Shown here in pieces: positions 19,820 through 28,293 of a DNA stretch of 64,000 bases. The stretch comes from Pseudonocardiaceae bacterium. GTDB lineage: Bacteria; Actinomycetota; Actinomycetes; Mycobacteriales; Pseudonocardiaceae. A program made the translations under genes and the position numbers. The stretch's first letter is position 1. Each line of letters opens with the position of its first letter. The stretch lies in the NCBI GenBank assembly GCA_035714625.1, contig DASTLT010000169.1, forward strand, positions 3,856-67,855. Reading direction: 5' to 3'. The notes below the pieces were generated by a model that did not search any database, was not told the origin of the DNA, and saw nothing but the letters and a program-made list of their open reading frames with translations.

Positions 19820-22800
19820 GTGGCGAGTGATCACAAGCGCCCTCCGCTGTCTCCGGCGCGCCTGGGGCTGACCGATGAGGGTGCCGCGGACCGGCTGGCC
19901 CGGCTCGGCTGGTGGCAGGACGGGCAGGTCCGGGATGACGCGGTGGAGGCGGTGTGGGCGCTGGCCCGGGCACCCGACCCCAACCTGGCGTTACGCACCC
20001 TGGGCCGGCTGGCCGCCACAGCCGGTGCCGGGTGGGCCGAGCTGGATGCAGCATTGTGCCAGGATCCCGGGTTGCGGGGCCGGTTGCTCGCGGTGCTTGG
20101 CTCATCCACCGCGTTGGGTGACCACCTGGCCGCCGAGCCGCAGCGCTGGCGAGGGCTGGTCGGTGCCGAGGCGGCTCACCCCGGCTGGGCGGAGCGAGCC
20201 GTGGCGCGGCTGCTCAGCGCCGTCGGCGCCGATCCCGCCGCGCCGCCGCCGGGTGCCGAGGGGGGGACCCGGGCGGCGCTGACCGACACCGCGGCCCAGC
20301 GGGTGCTGCGGGCCACCTACCGCGACCTGATCACCGAGCTGGCGGCCGCCGATCTGGGGGCGGTGGTGGAACCGGAGTTGCCGATCGTCCCCTTCGAGCA
20401 GGTCGCCGCAGCGCTCGCCGAACTGGCCGCGGGGGCGTTGCGCGCCGCGCTGGCCGTCGCAGTGACCGAGGTGGCCGGACCGGAAGCGGTGCCACCCCGG
20501 CTTGCCGTGATCGGGATGGGCAAGTGCGGTGGGGGGGAGCTCAACTACGTCTCCGACGTCGATGTGATCTTCGTGGGTGGGTCCGAGGAGGAGCTGGCCG
20601 CGGCCACCAAGCTGGCGGCGGCGACAATGCGGGTGGCCGGTGCGGCGTGCTTCGAGGTCGACGCGGCGCTGCGCCCGGAGGGCAAGGCCGGTGCCCTGGT
20701 GCGCACCCTCGAAGGGCATCTTTCCTACTACCGCCGCTGGGCCAGGACCTGGGAGTTCCAGGCCCTGCTCAAGGCCCGCCCGGTGGCCGGCGACGCCGGG
20801 CTCGGGGCCCGTTACCTGCAGGCCGTCGCGCCGCTGGTGTGGAGCGCGGCGGACCGGGAGAACTTCGTGCCGGAGGTTCAGGAGATGCGCCGGCGGGTCG
20901 TCGACCACGTCCCAGCCAACCTGGTGGACCGGGAGCTCAAACTGGGTCACGGCAGCCTGCGGGACGTGGAGTTCGCCGTGCAGTTGCTGCAACTGGTGCA
21001 TGGCCGCGCGGACTCCTCGCTGCGGGTCGCCTCCACCGTGGCGGCGCTGGCCGCGCTGGGTGCCGGCGGGTACGTCGGCCGTGACGACGCCGCCAACCTG
21101 GCCGCCTCCTACCGCTTCCTGCGCCTGCTGGAGCACCGCTTGCAACTGCAGAAACTGCGCCGCACCCACCTGCTTCCCGCCGAGAATGACACCGCGGGGC
21201 AGCGCTGGCTGGCCCGCGCCGCAGGGATACGCCCGGATGGGCGCCATGACGTGGTCGGGGTGCTGCGGGCCGAGTACACTCGCCACGCGCACCGGGCCCG
21301 CCGGTTGCATCAAAAGCTGTTCTACCGGCCGCTGCTGGAGGCGGTGGCCCGGGTCCCCACCGAGGTGTACCGGCTTTCGGAGTCCGCAGCGCGGGCTCGG
21401 CTGGTCGCTTTGGGCTATGCCTCCCCACAGGGCGCGCTGGGGCACCTTCGGGCGCTGACCCACGGGGTGTCCCGGCGGGCGGCGATCCAGTCCGCGCTGT
21501 TGCCGGTGCTGCTGGAGTTCCTCGCCGACACCCCCGACCCGGATGGCGGGCTGGCCGCCTACCGCCGGGTGTCCGAGGCCCTTAAGGACACCCCGGGGTA
21601 CCTGCGGCTGCTGCGTGACGAGGGGGCGGTGGCACAGCGGCTGATGACCCTGCTCGGCACCGCCCGCATGGTTCCCGACCTGCTGGTCCGGGCGCCGGAG
21701 GTGCTGCAGTTGCTCGCCGACCGGCACGAGTTGGCCGGCCGCGACCCCGCTGACGTGGCGGCATCACTGCGGGCCACCGTGGCCCGGCACCGGGAGCCGG
21801 TGGCGGCGGTGGCCGCGGCCCGCGCGCTGCGCCGCCACGAGCTGCTCCGGATCGCCTGCGCCGACCTGCTCGGCCTGCTGGATGTGGACGCGGTGTGCGC
21901 CGCGCTGTCATCGGTGTGGACCGCCGTGCTCGCCGCCGGGCTGGACGCCGCGCTGCGCACCGAGGTTGAGCGCAGGCAGGCCGCGCCAGCCCGGATCGCG
22001 GTGATCGGGGTGGGCCGGCTCGGGGGTGCCGAGCTGGGCTACGGCTCGGACGCCGACGTGCTGTTCGTCTGCGAGCCCACCGCCGGAGCCGACGAGACCG
22101 AGGCGGTGCGGTTCGCGTCCGCAGTCGCCGAGTCGGTGCGGGCGCTGCTCGGCTCACCCAGCCAGGACCCGCCCCTGGTGATCGACACCGGGTTGCGTCC
22201 GGAGGGCCGTTCGGGTCCGCTGGTGCGTACCCTGGCGTCCTACCAGGCCTACTACAGTCAGTGGGCGCAGACCTGGGAGGCGCAAGCGCTGCTGCGGGCC
22301 AGGCCGGGGGCCGGTGACGCGGCGTTGGGGGAGCGGTTCGCCGCGGCCATCGACCCGGTGCGCTACCCCGCGGGCGGGCTGAGCCCGCAGCGGGCCACCG
22401 AGATCCGGCGGATGAAGGCCCGGGTCGACTCCGAGCGACTGCCCCGGGGTGCCGACCCGGCCACCCACACCAAGCTTGGCCGCGGCGGGCTGGCCGATGT
22501 GGAGTGGACCATCCAGCTCCTACAGTTGCAGCACGCGCACCAGGTGCCCGCCCTGCGCACCCCGTCCACCAGCGCCGCCCTGTCGGCCGCCGCCGAGGCC
22601 GGCCTGCTCAAGCGATCCGAAGCCGAAGCCCTGCTGGCCGCATGGAGGTTCGTTACCAGGACGCGCAACGCGCTCACCCTGGTCCGCGGCAAGCAGGTTG
22701 ACCAGTTGCCCAGCTCCGGGCGGGAGCTGGCGGCGGTGGCCCGCGTGCTGGGCCACTCCGCGGACGACGACCCCGGCAAGGTCGTCGACGAGTACCGCCG

Positions 22801-22849
22801 CATCACCCGCCGCGCCCGCGCCGTCGTGGAGCGCTCCTTCGGCACCTGA
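19820..22849 (+). CDS. glnE: bifunctional glutamine synthetase adenylyltransferase / adenylyl-removing enzyme
   Basis: 1009 aa. Two nucleotidyltransferase halves, each with G(M/R)(G/L)(K/G)xGGxELxYxSDxDVxFV (IGMGKCGGGELNYVSDVDVIFV and IGVGRLGGAELGYGSDADVLFV). Conserved synteny with glnA and glnA2. Confidence 0.9.
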   Translation: MASDHKRPPLSPARLGLTDEGAADRLARLGWWQDGQVRDDAVEAVWALARAPDPNLALRTLGRLAATAGAGWAELDAALCQDPGLRGRLLAVLGSSTALGDHLAAEPQRWRGLVGAEAAHPGWAERAVARLLSAVGADPAAPPPGAEGGTRAALTDTAAQRVLRATYRDLITELAAADLGAVVEPELPIVPFEQVAAALAELAAGALRAALAVAVTEVAGPEAVPPRLAVIGMGKCGGGELNYVSDVDVIFVGGSEEELAAATKLAAATMRVAGAACFEVDAALRPEGKAGALVRTLEGHLSYYRRWARTWEFQALLKARPVAGDAGLGARYLQAVAPLVWSAADRENFVPEVQEMRRRVVDHVPANLVDRELKLGHGSLRDVEFAVQLLQLVHGRADSSLRVASTVAALAALGAGGYVGRDDAANLAASYRFLRLLEHRLQLQKLRRTHLLPAENDTAGQRWLARAAGIRPDGRHDVVGVLRAEYTRHAHRARRLHQKLFYRPLLEAVARVPTEVYRLSESAARARLVALGYASPQGALGHLRALTHGVSRRAAIQSALLPVLLEFLADTPDPDGGLAAYRRVSEALKDTPGYLRLLRDEGAVAQRLMTLLGTARMVPDLLVRAPEVLQLLADRHELAGRDPADVAASLRATVARHREPVAAVAAARALRRHELLRIACADLLGLLDVDAVCAALSSVWTAVLAAGLDAALRTEVERRQAAPARIAVIGVGRLGGAELGYGSDADVLFVCEPTAGADETEAVRFASAVAESVRALLGSPSQDPPLVIDTGLRPEGRSGPLVRTLASYQAYYSQWAQTWEAQALLRARPGAGDAALGERFAAAIDPVRYPAGGLSPQRATEIRRMKARVDSERLPRGADPATHTKLGRGGLADVEWTIQLLQLQHAHQVPALRTPSTSAALSAAAEAGLLKRSEAEALLAAWRFVTRTRNALTLVRGKQVDQLPSSGRELAAVARVLGHSADDDPGKVVDEYRRITRRARAVVERSFGT

Positions 22850-22859
22850 CCGTCACGGA

Positions 22860-23603
22860 TCATACTACGAGTGCGTTAGCCAACCAGCCTCGACGAGCAC
22901 CGCATCCGCGGGGCGATTCCCGGTTCCGCGGCTGCCTGTCTCGGCACTGAGACAAACCCCCGAGCGCTATCCGGGCAGGCCGGCCCGGCGGGCCATGCCC
23001 CGCAATTCCTGATCCGCCGGGGAACCCCGCCGCGAGTGCCCCAGTAGCGCGGCGGGCAGGGCGGCACCCGGTTCGGGGGCCCGATGCCAGCGGGCTGTGG
23101 ACTGGCCCAGATCGGTGGGTGGCAGCGGTACCCAGCAGCTCGGCCCCCGGTAGCTGATCGCGGGGCCAGGCCGCCATCGCCGGCAGCAGCCCGGCGCCGG
23201 AGGCCACCAAGACCAGCCAGCGGTCCGCGCCCAGCGCCACGACCGGCCCGGCCACCGGGGCCGTGTCCAGCGCGAGCAGTACCGCCGCGGCCAGTGGGGT
23301 GGGTAGCTCCACGGCGTCTACGCCGTGCCCGCAGACCAGCAGGACGCCATAGCGGCGGTGGCTCCAGGTGGCATGTGCCTGCTCCCAGGTTGTGATCGGC
23401 TGATCTGGCCAGCGCTCGTCGAGCGGACCCAACCCGGTCGCGTCGCTGCTGCCGTGGCGGCCGCACCAGCGGCCTGCGGTGTCGGCGGGATAGGTCCCGG
23501 CCACGATCGGCCAACCCCGGGTGACTGCCCCGACCGCGGTCTCCCGCAGCAGCGCCTGCACATCCGGCAGACGCCCGGCGCGTGATGGTGATGGTGATGA
23601 CAT
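22860..23603 (-). CDS. bifunctional DNA primase/polymerase (Prim-Pol) N-terminal-domain-like protein
   Basis: 247-aa ORF. The N-terminal 150 aa (GWPIVAG...YGVLLVCGHGVDAVELP...GPVVALGADRWLVLV) resemble small actinomycete Prim-Pol-like proteins. The C-terminal ~90 aa are Arg/Gly/Pro-rich and may be degenerate. Confidence 0.4.
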   Translation of the reverse strand: MSSPSPSRAGRLPDVQALLRETAVGAVTRGWPIVAGTYPADTAGRWCGRHGSSDATGLGPLDERWPDQPITTWEQAHATWSHRRYGVLLVCGHGVDAVELPTPLAAAVLLALDTAPVAGPVVALGADRWLVLVASGAGLLPAMAAWPRDQLPGAELLGTAATHRSGPVHSPLASGPRTGCRPARRATGALAAGFPGGSGIAGHGPPGRPARIALGGLSQCRDRQPRNRESPRGCGARRGWLANALVV

Positions 23604-23889
23604 CGCTCACACTCCCCTCTGCGCGCGGCAGATAGCACTGCTGCCCACGCTTGACACCCGCCGCGCACCGGTGCGGACCGCGGCCTGGCCTGGAGTGGCC
23701 CAGGCGCCGGGCGGCCACGCACCCCGTTGCTAAACGGACCCACAGTGACGACTATCGCGACAGTCAAGACATCAAGACGCGATTGAGTCACAAGGGAGGC
23801 GCAGAGCATCACTCCCTCTGCCCCACGGCGGTGGAAGGTGTCGCAGACTGTCGTCATCGAGGCACGATCGGTCCTGGTGGGAGGTCACG

Positions 23890-25113
23890 GTGCAGGACGA
23901 GCTGAGCGCGCCCGCCGTGCCGGCGTCGGTGGGCCAGCGGGTGGCCCGGCAACGCCGGCTGTGCGGGCTGACTCAGGCCCAGCTCGCCGCCCGGGCCGCG
24001 GTGGAAGTGAGCCTGCTCGGGCAGGTCGAGCGGGGGCTCGCGCTGGCCTCCCCGGCGCTGGTCGCCGCCGTCGCTCGCGCGCTGGGGGTCGAGGTGGCCA
24101 GCGTGTACGGCCAGCCCTATCCGCCGCCGATCACCGACCCGGACGCCGATCACGCCGGGATCCCCGCGCTGCGCGCCGCGCTGGGCCACGAGCAGGACCC
24201 CGACCCCGACTGCCCGCCGAGCACCCCGACTGAGCTGCGGGCCCGCCTCGACGCCTGCGAGCAGCACCGGGCCGCTGGCTGCTACCGGCAGCTGACCATC
24301 GCGTTACCGGAGGTGCTGGCGCGCGCCTACGCGCTCGCCCACCAGGCCCGCGACGCCGGTGCGGCGAAGACGGCGTGGGCGTTGGTCACCGACGCCTGCC
24401 TGCTCGCCTTGGCCGCCGCCTACCGGTTCGGCTATCTCGACCTGGCCCTGCTGTGCGGGCAGCACGCCCGGCCCGCAGCCGGGCAGGCAGCAGATCCGCT
24501 GCGCGTCGCGCTCTGTGACTACCAGCGAGCCGGGCTGCGCCGCTACCGCGGCGACTACTATGGCGCCCTGCTGGCGCTGGAGCGGGCCCACCTGCGGCTA
24601 GCCGAGCAGACCAGTCCCGCTGCGGATGCGCTGCGGGTGGCGCTGCACCTGCGGGAAGCGATCATCCACGCCCGCCTCGGCACCCCCACTAGGGCCCACC
24701 AGCACCTCGACCGGGCCGCCGACCTGCTCGCCCGCGGGTTGCCGCCCAGCCCCCGCTACGGCATTGCCGCCACGGCGACCACCCTCGACATCCACCACGT
24801 GGCCGTCGCCGTCGAGCTGGACGACCCGGACACCGCGCTGGCCCGCGCCGAGCAGATCAAGATCCCGACCGGGGAGTCCGCCGCCGTGGTCGGCCGGTAC
24901 TGGATCGACCTCGCCCGCGCCCATACCCTGCGCGCCGACCCCACCCCGGCCCTGCACGCGCTGCACCAGGCCCGCCACACCGCCCCGCAACTGGCCCGCT
25001 ATCACTCCCAGGTGCACCAGATCGTGCACCTGCTCACCGAGACCGCCCGCCGCGACCCGGACACCCTGCCCGGATTCGCCCGCTGGGCCGGCCTGACCCC
25101 CGGCTCCCCCTGA
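23890..25113 (+). CDS. XRE-family transcriptional regulator (N-terminal HTH + C-terminal helical-repeat/TPR-like domain)
   Basis: 407 aa. HTH VGQRVARQRRLCGLTQAQLAARAAVEVSLLGQVERG. SD GGGAGG precedes GTG 23890. A paralogue lies immediately downstream. Confidence 0.7.
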   Translation: MQDELSAPAVPASVGQRVARQRRLCGLTQAQLAARAAVEVSLLGQVERGLALASPALVAAVARALGVEVASVYGQPYPPPITDPDADHAGIPALRAALGHEQDPDPDCPPSTPTELRARLDACEQHRAAGCYRQLTIALPEVLARAYALAHQARDAGAAKTAWALVTDACLLALAAAYRFGYLDLALLCGQHARPAAGQAADPLRVALCDYQRAGLRRYRGDYYGALLALERAHLRLAEQTSPAADALRVALHLREAIIHARLGTPTRAHQHLDRAADLLARGLPPSPRYGIAATATTLDIHHVAVAVELDDPDTALARAEQIKIPTGESAAVVGRYWIDLARAHTLRADPTPALHALHQARHTAPQLARYHSQVHQIVHLLTETARRDPDTLPGFARWAGLTPGSP

Positions 25114-25134
25114 CCCCACGTTGGAGGCGCACCC

Positions 25135-26429
25135 ATGTGCGGCAACGCCAACAGCAACGCCAACGGCAACGGCAACGGCACTGAGACCGCCCCACCCGGA
25201 TCGGTCGGCCACCGGCTGGCCCGCGCCCGCAAGCTGGCCGGGCTCACCCAACACCAGCTCGCCGCCCGCGCCCACGTCAGCAAGAGCCTGATCTCCCAAG
25301 TCGAACGCGGTGTGGTGCCCGCCTCCCCGGCATTCACCGCCGCCGTGGCCCGCGGGCTGGGCCTGGAGCCTCAGGCCCTGACCGGCGAACCCTACGGCCC
25401 GCCGATCACTGACCCAAGGCGGAGCATGCCGGGATCCCCGCCCTGCGCGCTGCCCTGGACAACGACGAAGACCCCGATCTCGAGGGCTTCCCGCTGACCC
25501 CCGCCGACCTGCGCACCCGCCTCGATACCTGCCAGGCCCAGCGGCAGAAGGCCCAGTACTCCCTGGTCATCGCTGCACTGCCGGACCTGCTCAATCACGT
25601 CTACGCCCTGGTGGCCGGCGCCCGACCCGGCAACGCAGCCGACACCGCATGGGCCCTGCTCGACGACGCCTACGAACTCGCCCAGGTCGTCTGTCTGCGG
25701 TTCGGCTACTACGACCTGGGAGCACTGGCCGCCCGGTGCGGGCGCGACGCCGCCACCAAGGCCGGAGACCCCGTGCGCGCCGCCGTGGCGGCCTTCCGCT
25801 ACACCGGCGCGCGGCTGCGCCGCGGTGATCACGCGGGTGTACTCCGAGCCCTCGACCGTGCTCACGGTCTGATCGAGAGCGAGCACTCACCCACCGCCGA
25901 CGCCGTACGAACCGTCGTGCACCTGCGCCAGGCGCGGGTCCAGGCCCGGCTGGGGGCACGGGATCGGGCCGATGAGCACGTCGGCGAGGCACGTCGGCTG
26001 CTGGTCAGCGGCATACCCACCCGCCCCTACTACAGCGTGAACGCGACACCGGCCAACATCGAAATGCACCACGTCGAAGTGCCCGTCGAACTCGCCGACG
26101 GCACCACCGCCGTCAGCCGAGCCGAACAGGTCCAGTTCCTCCCCGATACTCATGCCACCATCGCCGGCCACCACTGGGTCAACGTCGCCCGCGCCTGGAC
26201 CCTGCACGGTGATCGCGCCAAGGCCCTCGCCGCGCTGCAGGAGGCCCGCCGGATCGCCCCCCAGCAGACTCGCTACCACCCCAGCGTGCACGAAACCGTG
26301 CACCTGCTCGCCGAGCACGGCCGCCGCGCCACCGACTCCCTCGCTGGCTTCGCCCGCTGGGCCGGCATCACCCTTGAGGCCCGGTGTCCGCACCGTGATG
26401 GAGTCCCAACCGAGCGCGGTGCCTTGTGA
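25135..26429 (+). pseudogene. XRE-family regulator paralogue interrupted by a -1 frameshift
   Basis: Frame 1 (25135-~25418) gives HTH ...GLTQHQLAARAHVSKSLISQVERG...EPYGPPITDP. The alignment to the upstream paralogue (ITDPDADHAGIPALRAAL) continues only in the next frame as EHAGIPALRAALDNDEDPD... from about 25421 to the stop at 26429. Confidence 0.6.
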
Positions 26430-26519
26430 AACTCTTGCGAGTCGCACCGGTGACCGATTGACCAGATTTAGCACTCACTCAGCTACTGTCAGTCTGTATT
26501 GATGCCTGGGGGCCGTGTG

Positions 26520-26732
26520 ACTGCTTCCACCGATCGAGGCGCATTCTGGGCCGGGACGCAGCCGGGCTCGCTGAGCACGTGGCCGAACAGCTGCGGATCT
26601 GGCACCGGGAACACCACGACGGCGCCGCCCGCAGTATCCGCGTCTACCCGGCCGGGCACGCCCGACGACCAGCTCCCCGGAGGGCGTGTCATCGAGAAGA
26701 CGCATAGCCGCCTCGCGATCTCCTGGCCGATG
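26520..26732 (+). pseudogene. relic 3-prime end (~70 codons) of a second FxLD-system methyltransferase, frameshifted and without its stop
   Basis: Two frames together read RRILGRDAAGLAEHVAEQLRIWHREHHDGAARSIRVYPAG / TPDDQLPGGRVIEKTHSRLAISWP. This aligns with the C-terminus of the intact enzyme (FRIYGHGPGGERLAEEYVDLIQAWDRDHRGGSGARITVYPADTPNSQLPEGRVIDKKHTRVVISWP*). Confidence 0.55.
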
Positions 26733-26813
26733 TCAAGTTCTACAAAGACCATCCCACCCCTACTCGGTGGATGCCTTTGCATTCCGAACCCAACCCACTG
26801 GAGAGTAACCCCG

Positions 26814-28040
26814 TTGAGCACACTCCGAGACAGGAACGTCAGCGCTGCTGACGGCACCACCCGTGAGAAGATGGTCCGCGAACTGCGTGAGCTGGGGGCG
26901 ATCCACAGCGACTCGGTCGCGGCTGCCGTCAGCACGGTGCCGCGGCACCTGTTCGCTCCTGGTGAGCCGCTGGACACGGTGTACGCCGCCACCCGTTCCA
27001 TCGTCACCAAGAGGAACGAGCACGGCGCGGCGATCAGTTCGCTGTCCGAGTCGCACATTCAGGCGACCATGCTGGAACAGGCCCAGATCGAACCTGGCAT
27101 GCGGGTTCTGGAGATCGGAACGGGCGGCTACAACGCGGCGTTGATCGCCGAACTTGTCGGCGAGTCAGGCCAGGTGACCTCCGTCGACATCGACCCCGAC
27201 ATTGTCGATCGAGCCCGGAGCTGCCTGGCTGCGGCGGGTTACGACCAGGTCAACGTGGTGTTGGCCGATGCCGAGCACGGCGTGCCGGACCGCGCTCCGT
27301 TCGACCGGGTCATCGTGACCGCCGCGGCGTGGGACATCCCACCGGCGTGGACTGACCAGTTGGCCGGGGACGGGCGAATCGTCGTCCCGCTCCGGATGCG
27401 CGGATTGACCCGCTCGGTGAGCTTGGAGCGCGGAGAACACCACTTGGTGAGCCGAGACTACAAGCTCTGCGGGTTCGTGCCGATGCAAGGCGCCAGCGCC
27501 CACAGCGAGCGGGTAATCCCCCTCGATGAGGGGAAGGTCACGCTGCAGATCGACGGAGACCAGCCGGTTGATTCGGACCGTTTGCGGGATGCATTGTTCA
27601 GTCCACGAGTCGAGCGTCGGGTGTGCACATTTAGAGCCGGCGAACCTCTCCACGACCTGGACATGTGGGTTATCACCGTTGTGGACGATTTCGGCCTGCT
27701 GAAAGCGACAGAGGAAGCGATCGACAGCGAACTGGTTAGCAAAACCACACGCCTAGGTGGCAGAGCAGTCATAGCAGGTGGGAGTTTCGCGTACCGGGCA
27801 TTCCCGCAACCAATAGACGGCAGTCGTACGAAGTTCCAATTCCGCATCTATGGGCATGGTCCGGGCGGTGAACGCCTCGCCGAGGAATACGTGGACCTGA
27901 TCCAGGCGTGGGATCGGGACCACCGAGGTGGTTCGGGTGCACGGATAACGGTGTACCCGGCGGATACGCCCAATAGTCAGCTTCCCGAAGGTCGGGTCAT
28001 CGACAAGAAGCACACGCGAGTCGTCATCTCCTGGCCCTGA
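26814..28040 (+). CDS. protein-L-isoaspartate O-methyltransferase-like enzyme of the FxLD lanthipeptide system (LanS-type)
   Basis: PIMT fold: VSTVPRHLFAP, SAM motif VLEIGTGGYNAALIAELVG, VTSVDID. It also has the ~190-aa C-terminal extension typical of 'methyltransferase, FxLD system'. Proposed TTG start at 26814, 8 nt after GGAGAG (alternative ATG 26871). The 513-aa ORF-track version includes the upstream relic. Confidence 0.8.
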   Translation: MSTLRDRNVSAADGTTREKMVRELRELGAIHSDSVAAAVSTVPRHLFAPGEPLDTVYAATRSIVTKRNEHGAAISSLSESHIQATMLEQAQIEPGMRVLEIGTGGYNAALIAELVGESGQVTSVDIDPDIVDRARSCLAAAGYDQVNVVLADAEHGVPDRAPFDRVIVTAAAWDIPPAWTDQLAGDGRIVVPLRMRGLTRSVSLERGEHHLVSRDYKLCGFVPMQGASAHSERVIPLDEGKVTLQIDGDQPVDSDRLRDALFSPRVERRVCTFRAGEPLHDLDMWVITVVDDFGLLKATEEAIDSELVSKTTRLGGRAVIAGGSFAYRAFPQPIDGSRTKFQFRIYGHGPGGERLAEEYVDLIQAWDRDHRGGSGARITVYPADTPNSQLPEGRVIDKKHTRVVISWP

Positions 28041-28104
28041 CAGCAGGATATCCAGGACCGAAAGCCCATAAGGCTCTCGGGTAACGCACGGGAAGGAGGA
28101 GTAC

Positions 28105-28275
28105 GTGACAGTTCAGGTGGATCAGATGGCGGTCGGAGTGGGCGATGCACAGTTCGATCTCGATGTTAGTATCGTCGAGTCCGGCCCTGTCATCAACGAT
28201 CTGATGCGTTTGACCGACGATGGCTGCGGAACCACGTGTGAGAGCGCCTGTACCGCCCAAAGCGGTTGTGGTTAG
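28105..28275 (+). CDS. FxLD-family class I lanthipeptide precursor (LanA), 56 aa
   Basis: Not in the ORF track (<60 aa). SD GGAAGGAGGA (28091-28100) then GTG 28105. Translation VTVQVDQMAVGVGDAQFDLDVSIVESGPVINDLMRLTDDGCGTTCESACTAQSGCG*. It has an FDLD leader box and a C-terminal 20 aa with 4 Cys and 6 Ser/Thr. It sits between the methyltransferase and LanB. Confidence 0.8.
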   Translation: MTVQVDQMAVGVGDAQFDLDVSIVESGPVINDLMRLTDDGCGTTCESACTAQSGCG

Positions 28276-28293
28276 CCCGGTCTGCTTTGACGC

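Noticed and set aside
20102-21727. 541-aa minus-strand ORF inside glnE
   Set aside because: It is an antisense shadow of a strongly supported 1009-aa glnE frame.
22876-23718. 280-aa alternative minus-strand frame overlapping the Prim-Pol-like ORF
   Set aside because: It is Arg/Gly/Pro-rich throughout with no recognisable domain. The 22860-23603 frame at least carries Prim-Pol-like N-terminal blocks.
26489-27058. 189-aa minus-strand ORF opposite the methyltransferase 5-prime region
   Set aside because: It is a shadow ORF with no motif, and it overlaps a well-supported plus-strand gene.
26499-28040. The 513-aa ORF-track version of the methyltransferase as a single gene
   Set aside because: The first ~105 codons are the frameshifted relic of another methyltransferase C-terminus plus an AT-rich spacer with atypical codons. 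PIMT-fold homology starts only near codon 120. I prefer TTG 26814 (with an SD) or ATG 26871.
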